Source: Polyangiaceae bacterium
GTDB lineage: Bacteria; Myxococcota_A; Polyangia; Polyangiales; Polyangiaceae
Reading direction: 5' to 3'
Length of the DNA: 64,000 nucleotides
NCBI GenBank assembly: GCA_033763455.1
Contig: JANRKO010000019.1
Coordinates: 32,001 to 96,000 of the forward strand
Made by a program: the position numbers and the translations under genes. A model generated the notes under the pieces. That model was not told the origin of the DNA, searched no databases, and saw nothing but the letters and a program-made list of their open reading frames with translations. Positions 21,281-29,313 of the stretch are shown here, piece after piece (within the stretch, counting starts at the first letter, position 1; each line of letters starts with the position of its first letter).

Positions 21281-23254
21281 CTACGCGCCGCGCAGCGTCA
21301 CCGTGCTGAGCGGGTCAATGCCCAAATCTTCCGAAAGATCGTTGAAGCACACCACGTGGTAATCGGGGTGCTCGGTGGCTAGCAGCTTTCTTACGAAGCG
21401 GCGGATGCTTGGTTGAGTGAAGATGACAGTGGGGCGGCCCTCTGCTGGCGGTGAGGTTTGAATGGTCTTAGCGACGGCCCGCACGATGTCCCTGCCGGTT
21501 GCTGGGGAGAGTGCCAGGAACTGCCCTGCGTTGGTTTTTACAAGAGCATCTTTGATAGCCTGTTCGATGGTGGCATCGAGCAAGTAAACGCCGAGGCGCT
21601 TATGTTCTCCGCTTAGGCGATGCGTGGTGCTGCGTTTTAGGGCACTGCGAGCGAGCTCGGCGAGCTCTGCCGGTGGGCGCTCGTTGCCGGGGGCTTGAGT
21701 GAGGGCGTCTAGAATGGTGCGAAGATCCCGAATGCTCACCTTTTCTTGAACGAGTGAGCGAAGAACCTCAGCCAACACGGGAACATCTGCCGGTTTGGGT
21801 AGCTGACGAGCTCCCGCGGTGCTCACACTCTGAAGTGCGTCCAAAAGCGATTGGGTCTCCGTGATGTTGATGAAATCCCCGGCGCGCTGCTTGAAAATCT
21901 CGACCAACTCCGCCGTTAGCCAGGACGCTAACGTGTCCAGATCTCTAATCTCAGTCGGCAAAGTAGCGCGCTTTAACGGCACTTCGTGGACGGAGAACAG
22001 AACTTCGTCCGGGCCGAGCTCGGGGGCAACCTGCAGCGTGCCGGTCGGGATGGCGACTCCGAGCTCGGAAAATATGAGGGCTCGGGCGGAAGCAACTGCA
22101 CGAGTCAACTCGGAGTTGTTGCTCTCGGTGGGGCGTACTCCGCCGCCAAGATGCAAAATCGGGTCCCGCCCGAAACTCACAGACCATGGCACCACCACCG
22201 GCAAGAACCGCGGCTCGCCGTTTACCCAGTCCACGGGCGCGGTCACCTTCGCACTTGGAGTGCGCAAAAGGGTGCGGCTCCGTGCGCGGGAAGCTGCCAA
22301 AAGTAGCACTCCGATAACCAGGAAAGGCAAAGCCGGAAGCCCTGGAATTGCCGCCAAAAGCAGGATGAGCGCGCCGGCGGCGGCTAGAGCTTTCGGTTGC
22401 CCCAGCAATTGTCCCGCCAGATCGGTCCCGAGCGATGTTTCTCCCTCTTCGCTGGCAACACGCGTCACCAAGATGCCGGCTGCTGTCGTAATAACCAACG
22501 CGGGGATCTGCGCGACCAAGCCATCCCCGATGGTCAGCAACCCGTAGCGCTTCAGGGCCACGAGCGGGTCCAGGTGCTGCTGCCCCACGCCAATGGCAAG
22601 GCCTGCCCCAATGTTCACGAGAGTGATCACGAGCGCCGCGATGGTATCCCCCTTCACGAACTTCATCGCTCCGTCCATCGCTCCGTAAAATTGGCTCTCC
22701 CGTTCGAGTCGCTGGCGGCGGCGCTTCGCTTCCGCGTTATCGATCGCTCCCGAGCGGAGATCGGCATCGATGGCCATTTGTTTTCCCGGCATCGCATCGA
22801 GCGTGAAGCGGGCACCCACTTCAGCGACCCGTTCGCTCCCCTTGGCGATCACCACAAACTGAATGATCGTCAAGATCAGGAAAATTACGGCTCCCACGAC
22901 GTAGTTGCCCCGCACCACAAAGCTGCCAAACGCATGGATCACCTCGCCGGCGTCAGCCTGCAGCAGGATCAGCCGGGTGGAGGAAACGTTGAGGGCCAAG
23001 CGGATCAGCGTGGTAATCAGCAAAACGCTAGGAAAAGCCGCAATCTTGAGTGCGTTGGCGACGTACAAAGATACTAAAAGAATGGCGACGGAAATGCCCA
23101 GGTTGGCCGTGAGCAACAAATCCAAGAGCCACGTGGGCAGCGGCACAATCATGAGCCCCACCACGCTGAGCACCACTGCGCCCAGCACCAGATCTGGAAG
23201 ATGGAGCTTCTTTTGGGGCAGCGGCGGCGAGAGCTTGGCGAGGGAAGGGAGCAT
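21281..23254 (-). CDS. FHIPEP-family type III export gate protein (SctV/FlhA family)
   Basis: RLALNVSSTRLIL, ERVAEVGARFTLDAMPGKQMAIDADL, FYGAMDGAMKFVKGD, LTIGDGLVAQIP. Confidence 0.95.
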   Translation of the reverse strand: MLPSLAKLSPPLPQKKLHLPDLVLGAVVLSVVGLMIVPLPTWLLDLLLTANLGISVAILLVSLYVANALKIAAFPSVLLITTLIRLALNVSSTRLILLQADAGEVIHAFGSFVVRGNYVVGAVIFLILTIIQFVVIAKGSERVAEVGARFTLDAMPGKQMAIDADLRSGAIDNAEAKRRRQRLERESQFYGAMDGAMKFVKGDTIAALVITLVNIGAGLAIGVGQQHLDPLVALKRYGLLTIGDGLVAQIPALVITTAAGILVTRVASEEGETSLGTDLAGQLLGQPKALAAAGALILLLAAIPGLPALPFLVIGVLLLAASRARSRTLLRTPSAKVTAPVDWVNGEPRFLPVVVPWSVSFGRDPILHLGGGVRPTESNNSELTRAVASARALIFSELGVAIPTGTLQVAPELGPDEVLFSVHEVPLKRATLPTEIRDLDTLASWLTAELVEIFKQRAGDFINITETQSLLDALQSVSTAGARQLPKPADVPVLAEVLRSLVQEKVSIRDLRTILDALTQAPGNERPPAELAELARSALKRSTTHRLSGEHKRLGVYLLDATIEQAIKDALVKTNAGQFLALSPATGRDIVRAVAKTIQTSPPAEGRPTVIFTQPSIRRFVRKLLATEHPDYHVVCFNDLSEDLGIDPLSTVTLRGA

Positions 23255-23272
23255 GTGGGTGGGTTTTTAGAG

Positions 23273-24412
23273 TTAGCTTGGATTTGTGAACACGGTAAGG
23301 ATGCCGGTGTACATATGGAGCGCCGTTTCGCTCCGATACGGGCCGATCTCGAAAGGGCTGAGCATTCCTAGGAGAGGCAAGGGGCCGAGCTTGTTCTTCA
23401 AGATCCGCGTATCCACGTCTTCGGCGGAATAGAGCGCACGGCCACGCCCAGCGCAGTTGAAGTAAAGGCCGAAGCGCGGTGCCGCCCCGGCAGTGCTTCG
23501 GACGAGCTCCAACGTTTTCTGCTCTAAATCCACGCGAGCGGCATCGGCATCGCGCACCGCAAATGCCATGAACAGATCGGGCCGCACATCGGGGGACACC
23601 AGAACACCACCACGCACCGGGTCGATGCCCTGAATGCCGCGGATCAATAGCTCGCTCGGCCCATCCTCAGCACCTGGGCCCTCCGGAGCCAGAGCGGTGA
23701 GAATGAGCGGCTGCCCCTTGAGCTCTTTCCCTAGGCGATTCAAGAGTTCAAGCGCGCTTTCGTCTTCGATCTCAAGCACCAGTGGGCCGCGCGTCTCGGT
23801 GATCCTCCCGAGAGGCATCAACAGTCGGCATGCAGGGGAAACCAACACTTTGGGCGGCGTGAGCCCACCCAACACGAATAGGCCCGCTGCCCCCGGCATC
23901 ACGTTGCCCGCTTCATCTACGCACACCGTGGCGGGCGCGCGGACGGCGCCCGCACCGAAGAGCCGCGGGGGAACACGCTCTTGGTTGAGGAGCTCCAATA
24001 CGTCGGGATCAAAGCGCTGAGAATCTGCGAAGAAGAGTCCGGTGTCCGAATAGCGCCGCTCCTTGGGCAAGGCGGCGAGCACTGACCTTGCCATCTGAGC
24101 CGCGGAGCCCCCGGCAATGCTGTAAACCGAAGCGCGGGGGCCGCTCCACACCAGGCCCGCAACGGCTGCCTGGCCTTCGACTTCTCCCGCTTCGGTAAGC
24201 ACGCCTTGGGCACCCACTAAGAGGGCGGGGATGGAAGGCGCGCGTGTAGGGAGGCCAGCACCAACCAGCTGCATGAGGCCCGGGGCAGTGGCGCCAAAGA
24301 ACAGGAGGATGCCCGCTGGCGACCCGACTTCTCGGCACGCAATTTCTAGCGCCCGAAAGACTTTCTCCTCGGATGGATCAACGACCGAAAAGCTCTTTGC
24401 GAGGGCACCCAT
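23273..24412 (-). CDS. FIST signal transduction domain protein
   Basis: FGAGA, SPACRLL, YFNCAGRG, FEIGP, LHMYTG; start uncertain. Confidence 0.85.
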   Translation of the reverse strand: MGALAKSFSVVDPSEEKVFRALEIACREVGSPAGILLFFGATAPGLMQLVGAGLPTRAPSIPALLVGAQGVLTEAGEVEGQAAVAGLVWSGPRASVYSIAGGSAAQMARSVLAALPKERRYSDTGLFFADSQRFDPDVLELLNQERVPPRLFGAGAVRAPATVCVDEAGNVMPGAAGLFVLGGLTPPKVLVSPACRLLMPLGRITETRGPLVLEIEDESALELLNRLGKELKGQPLILTALAPEGPGAEDGPSELLIRGIQGIDPVRGGVLVSPDVRPDLFMAFAVRDADAARVDLEQKTLELVRSTAGAAPRFGLYFNCAGRGRALYSAEDVDTRILKNKLGPLPLLGMLSPFEIGPYRSETALHMYTGILTVFTNPS

Positions 24413-24573
24413 GCGCGCTTTCGAAGGTATTGGGGCGGGGCCACCCACGCAAGAGCGGGGAAGCCGCGAGCCGGTGGGTCGGTGTGGGGGAACTTCGTTT
24501 TGGGGCCTGACGCCGCGTGGAGACTCCTCTACTCTCTGGGATCGTGTCTGACCTCGGCGAAGCTGACTTGGAA

Positions 24574-25317
24574 ATGCGCTCGTACGGGGCCACCCACGTC
24601 GGGATGCGCCGCCAAATGAACGAGGACGCGTTCCTGCGCGACGACGACCTGGGGCTCTGGGTTGTGGCCGACGGCATGGGCGGGCACGCTGCGGGTGAAG
24701 TTGCGAGCCAGGAGGCCATCGATGCGATTTACGCGATGGTGAAACACGGAAAAGGGTCGTTGCACCTGAATGCGCTCAGCCCTGGCGATCTACTCCGTTC
24801 TGCCTCGCGGCTGCTCGAAGGTGCTGTCCAATCGGCGACCTACATGGTGTTTGGGTTAGCGCAGATGGATGTGGGGCGTGTCGGTATGGGCACCACCATC
24901 AGCTCGATGTTTCGGTGTGGTCGCAGCATGATTGTTGGTCAGGTGGGTGATAGCCGCATCTATCGCGTACGAGGCCAAGAAGTACTCCAACTTACTGAAG
25001 ATCACACTTTGGTAGCGTGGCAGCTCAAGCGTGGCTTGATCACCGAAGAGGAAGCGAAGGTGAGCCGGCAGCGAAATGTGATCACGCGGGCTGTCGGCAA
25101 TCGGGATTACGTGCAGGTGGATATCGTCGTCACCGAAGCCGAATTGGGCGACCAATACCTACTTTGCAGCGACGGCTTGCACGGTTACCTCAACGTTTCC
25201 GAGATCGCCGAGATTGCCAGCATGGGCGGTCAGAACGCGGTGGAGCGGTTTATTGAGCTGGCCAACGCTCGCGGCGGAAAAGACAATATTACCGCGATCT
25301 TAATCGAGACAAGCTAA
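24574..25317 (+). CDS. PP2C-family Ser/Thr protein phosphatase
   Basis: THVGMRRQMNED, VADGMGGH, GTT, VGDSR, LCSDGL, GGKDNIT. Confidence 0.95.
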   Translation: MRSYGATHVGMRRQMNEDAFLRDDDLGLWVVADGMGGHAAGEVASQEAIDAIYAMVKHGKGSLHLNALSPGDLLRSASRLLEGAVQSATYMVFGLAQMDVGRVGMGTTISSMFRCGRSMIVGQVGDSRIYRVRGQEVLQLTEDHTLVAWQLKRGLITEEEAKVSRQRNVITRAVGNRDYVQVDIVVTEAELGDQYLLCSDGLHGYLNVSEIAEIASMGGQNAVERFIELANARGGKDNITAILIETS

Positions 25318-25463
25318 GGCGCCTTCTAGCCTCGGGTTTAGCGGTTTTCTTGGCCGTGCACCGAGGCTTCCGGTAGCGATTCAGGGCACACACGGATGTT
25401 CAAAGCGCTTTGCCGCGTTCCTTGAACATCGAACGTGCCCCACCGCACTCGAAGGAGCAACCA

Positions 25464-26531
25464 GTGAAGAAACAGAAGCGCATCGCCGTCCTCATGGGTG
25501 GCACGTCAGCTGAACGTGAAGTCTCCCTCAAGTCAGGGCAGGCGATTGCGGCGGCCTTAGAGGCCTCTGGCCACGCCGTGGTGCGCGTAGATCTTGGCTC
25601 CGGCAAAGATGTGCTTTCTGCGCTCAGCAAAGTGGAGATGGATGTAGCCGTGCTGGCGTTGCATGGCCGCCTCGGAGAAGATGGCTGCGTGCAGGGTCTC
25701 TTGGAAGTGCTGGGGGTGCCTTACACGGGCTCCAGCGTGCTTTCCAGCGCATTGGCGATGGATAAGGTGAAGGCCAAGGAGCTCTTTCGCCTCCACAATA
25801 TCCCCACGCCGCCCTACTACGTGGTCACCGATCCTCTCGGTGTGCGCGAGTTGCACGGTTCTTTCGGCTTCCCGGTGATTGTAAAGCCTCGGCGTGAAGG
25901 CTCCAGTGTTGGTCTCGCCAAGGCCAATAGCCTCGAAGAACTGGAGGCAGCTGTGAAGGTGGCCTTCGAGCACGATAGCTCGGTGTTGGTTGAGCGCTTT
26001 GTGCAAGCCAGCGAAGTGGCCGTTGGCCTTTTGAACGGCAAGGTGCTGGGCGCCATCGAGATCGCCCCGAAGAAGGGCATTTACGACTACGAAGCCAAAT
26101 ACACACCGGGCATGACCGAATATTTCCTGCCGGCACGCCTATCCAACGCACGCCTACGGGGTATTACTCACTTAGCAGAGCGCGCGGTGCAGGCCTTGGA
26201 AGCCACGGGCGCCGTACGTGTCGATCTTCTCGTCACCGAAGGTCAGAACGAATACGTGCTCGAGGTGAATACGCTCCCAGGCATGACCGAAACGAGTCTG
26301 CTCCCCAAGATTGCAGGATGGGCAGGGCTTGGCTTCGCAGAGCTTTGCGAGGCTATTGTCGACACTGCTACGCTGCACACGCACGCCCCCGCTGGTCAGC
26401 GCAAAGCACGCGCCACCGAAGTTGATACAGACGGCGAATTCGGTTTGTCTCAAGCGGCTGTGGCTGAGTTCGAACTCGAAGACGATCGTTATGAAGTCAC
26501 CGAACACGACTTCATCGCAGCCGTAGGTTGA
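25464..26531 (+). CDS. ddl: D-alanine--D-alanine ligase
   Basis: GGTSAEREVSLKSG, LHGRLGEDG, EGSSVG, YDYEAKY, EVNTLPGMT. Confidence 0.97.
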   Translation: MKKQKRIAVLMGGTSAEREVSLKSGQAIAAALEASGHAVVRVDLGSGKDVLSALSKVEMDVAVLALHGRLGEDGCVQGLLEVLGVPYTGSSVLSSALAMDKVKAKELFRLHNIPTPPYYVVTDPLGVRELHGSFGFPVIVKPRREGSSVGLAKANSLEELEAAVKVAFEHDSSVLVERFVQASEVAVGLLNGKVLGAIEIAPKKGIYDYEAKYTPGMTEYFLPARLSNARLRGITHLAERAVQALEATGAVRVDLLVTEGQNEYVLEVNTLPGMTETSLLPKIAGWAGLGFAELCEAIVDTATLHTHAPAGQRKARATEVDTDGEFGLSQAAVAEFELEDDRYEVTEHDFIAAVG

Positions 26532-26703
26532 GTTGCCCCCTCTAGCTCCGCTCAGGCGCGGAGCTCGTCTCCCCCTGGCCAGTCGCTCCGCTCTGGCGGG
26601 GGAAACCCCAGCAAACCGACCAAAAGCGCCCGTGGACGATTTTTACATCTTTGCGTTGTCACTCCGGCACCGAGCGACTATACGGGCAGCCCTCAAGCAA
26701 CAC

Positions 26704-26780
26704 GTCCCCGTCGTCTAGCCGGCCCAGGACACGGCCCTTTCAAGGCTGTAACACGGGTTCAAATCCCGTCGGGGACGCCA
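26704..26780 (+). tRNA. tRNA-Glu (anticodon TTC)
   Basis: Acceptor stem GTCCCCG/CGGGGAC, anticodon arm CGGCC-CTTTCAA-GGCTG, T-loop GGTTCAAATCC, encoded 3' CCA. Confidence 0.97.
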
Positions 26781-26850
26781 GTTTCTTCGAGTCGCAGAAC
26801 CTCTGCACGCTGATTGACCCGGTAATCAGCTTCGTGGATGCTGAAGGGTA

Positions 26851-27342
26851 ATGAGCGACCCCAATCGACGTGCATTTCTGGGCGGCGCGGCCTTATTAGC
26901 CATTCCGGCGCTGGTTGAGAACTGCGGGGAGGGGACGGCTGTTGGCAAGAGCGCGGATGAGCGCGTCGCTGAGCTCATCGCGTTGAGCCGCGACCAGCAC
27001 GGCAAGCCGCACGTGGCGCGGGTGGCATTCCTCACGCCTGAGCGCACCAGCGGGACGCTTCCTGTTTCGGCCGCGGAGGCCGCTGATCTTCGGGCGGTGC
27101 TCGCTTCGGGTGATTTTAAGCTCTTCCAAGAACGGGGCCTACGCTTCGACAACAAGAAGTTCGTGTACATCCGTGAGAGTGAGGAGGGCACCGTGGTGCA
27201 CGCGGTGCGGCGCGGGGAGTTCGTAACGATTCGCAAGGCTCGCAGTGAGCTTGTGGTGGCAACCAGTGTGGACGGGATGGCGCACCCGCGCGCTGTCGAA
27301 GCCGTTTACCAGTACGTGCAACGCTCCGCGGCAATCGCCTGA
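26851..27342 (+). CDS. Profilin-like protein with twin-arginine (Tat) signal, possible lipoprotein
   Basis: NRRAFL plus hydrophobic stretch plus Cys; VSAAEAADL...FQERGLRFDNKKFVYIR...VHAVRRGEFVTIRKARSELVVA...AVEAVYQYV follows the profilin pattern (E-helix, G-L-x-x-x-x-x-K-Y/F, strands, C-terminal helix); next to actin. Confidence 0.8.
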   Translation: MSDPNRRAFLGGAALLAIPALVENCGEGTAVGKSADERVAELIALSRDQHGKPHVARVAFLTPERTSGTLPVSAAEAADLRAVLASGDFKLFQERGLRFDNKKFVYIRESEEGTVVHAVRRGEFVTIRKARSELVVATSVDGMAHPRAVEAVYQYVQRSAAIA

Positions 27343-27356
27343 AGTTAGGAATAAGA

Positions 27357-28037
27357 ATGCACAAGCTTCAGCTCACACTGGCCGCACTGCTTTTTTGCGT
27401 ATTCGCCGCTGGCACAGCCAGCGCTGGAAGCTGCGAGCAGGAAGTGGTGGCAGAGTGCGTTGCCAATTCCTGCCCTACCTTTTGCAGGACGCTCGCCGAA
27501 GGCCACGTGGAGGCATGTAAGGTAGGGTGCACGGCACAAGATCGCTGTAAGCTTGCTCTATTTGGCGGCCAAGACCGCCCGGCGCAGGTCGAGCTGGATG
27601 CGCAGAAGCGCGAGCAGCTCATGAGTTGCCTCGCAGAGAACCGCAAGCAACCTGTCGTACCCAAGGAGCTCGGCAAACCGATCCGCACTGAGGCGGATTA
27701 CGTCGCCCCCTCTGAAGCGAAGACGAAAGCCGTCAAGCGCAGCAGCCTTAAGAACACCAAGGCAAGCAAGGCGGCGTGGAAAGCCCGCAAAGCTCGCTCA
27801 TTTGCTGAGCGCAAAGTTGGTTCAAAGCGCAAGGATCCGCTCACCTACGTGCCCCCGGCTGGGCCTGTGAAGTCTCCCCCGAGGCCTCCGCTTCCGAGGT
27901 CAGCACCTCCCGGGCCAATGCCGCCCAAGCCGATGCCACCGAAGCCGATGCCTCCCAAGCCCCGCCCACAGCCAGCGCCGCCGGCGCAAAGCCCGAGCGG
28001 CCAGCAGGCACCGAGTCCGGCGCCCGCGAGCCCCTGA
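27357..28037 (+). CDS. Secreted protein with 8-Cys domain, basic linker and proline-rich tail
   Basis: Sec signal ending ASA, AGGA ribosome-binding site, 14 nt after the profilin-like gene, (PMPPK)x3. Confidence 0.85.
   Translation: MHKLQLTLAALLFCVFAAGTASAGSCEQEVVAECVANSCPTFCRTLAEGHVEACKVGCTAQDRCKLALFGGQDRPAQVELDAQKREQLMSCLAENRKQPVVPKELGKPIRTEADYVAPSEAKTKAVKRSSLKNTKASKAAWKARKARSFAERKVGSKRKDPLTYVPPAGPVKSPPRPPLPRSAPPGPMPPKPMPPKPMPPKPRPQPAPPAQSPSGQQAPSPAPASP
27915..27959 (+). repeat. 15-bp coding tandem repeat x3 (PMPPK)
   Basis: ccaatgccgcccaag/ccgatgccaccgaag/ccgatgcctcccaag. Confidence 0.9.
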
Positions 28038-28076
28038 TTACCCTACGCCTCCCTACGAAGCTGCGGGTAAGTTCGC

Positions 28077-29237
28077 TCAGAAGCACTTGCGGTGCACGAT
28101 CCCCGGGCCTGCCTCGTCGTACTCAGCCTTGGTGATCCACATCTGCTGGAAGGTGCTCAGGCTCGCAAGGATGGAGCCACCGATCCATACCGAATATTTG
28201 CGCTCGGGGGGCGCGATGACTTTGACCTTCATCGTTGGGGGAGCCAGGTTGGTCAATTCCTTTTGCATACGCTCGGCAATCCCAGGGAACATCGTGCTGC
28301 CGCCAGCCAGCACGAGGTTGCTGTATAGATCCGCGCGGATATCGACGTCGCACTTCATGATCGAGTTGTACGTGGTCTCGTGGATCCCCACGGCCTCCAT
28401 GCCCAAAAAGCTGGGTTGGAAGAGCGCTTCGGGGCAACGGAAGCGCTCGTTCCCGATCGTAATAACCTGCCCGTCCGGGAGCTCGTAGCTCTTTTCCAGA
28501 CTGCTTGAACTCGCTGCTGTCTGCATCTCCGCGTCAAAGTCTAGGGCTACGTAGGCGAGCTTCTCCTTGATATCTCGAACGATCTCACGCTCTGCAGTTG
28601 TCGTGAAGGAATAGCCTCGCTCAGTCAGAATCTTCATTAGGTAATCAGTGAGGTCGCGGCCTGCGAGGTCGAGCCGCAGGATCGCGTGGGGTAGGGCGTA
28701 ACCCTCGTAGATGGGCACCGTGTGGGTTATCCCGTCGCCACAGTCGAAAACCAATCCGGTGGTGCGCCCCGAAGCGTAGAGGGCAAGTACGGCCCCCATC
28801 GCCACGTACATGGCGGGCGTATTGAACGTTTCGAACATAATTTGCGTCATCTTCTCACGGTTCGCCTTGGGATTGAGCGGGGGTTCCGTGAGCAACACGG
28901 GGTGTTCTTCTGGCGCCACGCGCAGCTCGTTGTAAAACGCGTGGTGCCAGATCTTCTCCATGTCGTCCCAGTTGGTGACGATGCCGTGTTCGATCGGATA
29001 CTTGAGCGTCAAGATCCCGCGCTTGGCCTGCGCCTCGTCGCCCACGTAAGCGTCTTTCTGGCCCATCCCCACCATCACCCCCTGGTGGCGTGGGCGGCCT
29101 ACGATGCTCGGGAATACCGCCCGCGGCGCGTCGTCGCCAGCGAAGCCGGCCTTAATCATCCCTGAACCGTTGTCGACGACTAGGGCTTGGACTTCGCCCT
29201 CGGTTTGTCCGAGGACTGGGCTGGGAACGAGGGGCAT
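28077..29237 (-). CDS. Eukaryote-type actin (not MreB/ParM/FtsA)
   Basis: [79 protein letters not shown]-terminal IVHRKCF; no introns. Confidence 0.99.
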   Translation of the reverse strand: MPLVPSPVLGQTEGEVQALVVDNGSGMIKAGFAGDDAPRAVFPSIVGRPRHQGVMVGMGQKDAYVGDEAQAKRGILTLKYPIEHGIVTNWDDMEKIWHHAFYNELRVAPEEHPVLLTEPPLNPKANREKMTQIMFETFNTPAMYVAMGAVLALYASGRTTGLVFDCGDGITHTVPIYEGYALPHAILRLDLAGRDLTDYLMKILTERGYSFTTTAEREIVRDIKEKLAYVALDFDAEMQTAASSSSLEKSYELPDGQVITIGNERFRCPEALFQPSFLGMEAVGIHETTYNSIMKCDVDIRADLYSNLVLAGGSTMFPGIAERMQKELTNLAPPTMKVKVIAPPERKYSVWIGGSILASLSTFQQMWITKAEYDEAGPGIVHRKCF

Positions 29238-29313
29238 GCCTCACGCTAACAGGAGAGCCTCGACGCGCACAATCGAGAGCACGTGCTGCTAACCGCAATT
29301 CACGGCAAAGTAG

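Noticed and set aside
21281..23254. Flagellar gene cluster
   Set aside because: Only isolated export-gate genes; no structural flagellar genes
26532..26620. GC-rich hairpins between ddl and tRNA-Glu as an ncRNA or REP element
   Set aside because: Only an 8-bp stem and an imperfect second stem; no second copy seen in the window
28077..29237. MreB/ParM/FtsA-type prokaryotic actin homologue
   Set aside because: Continuous match to eukaryotic actin including D-loop and C-terminal HRKCF
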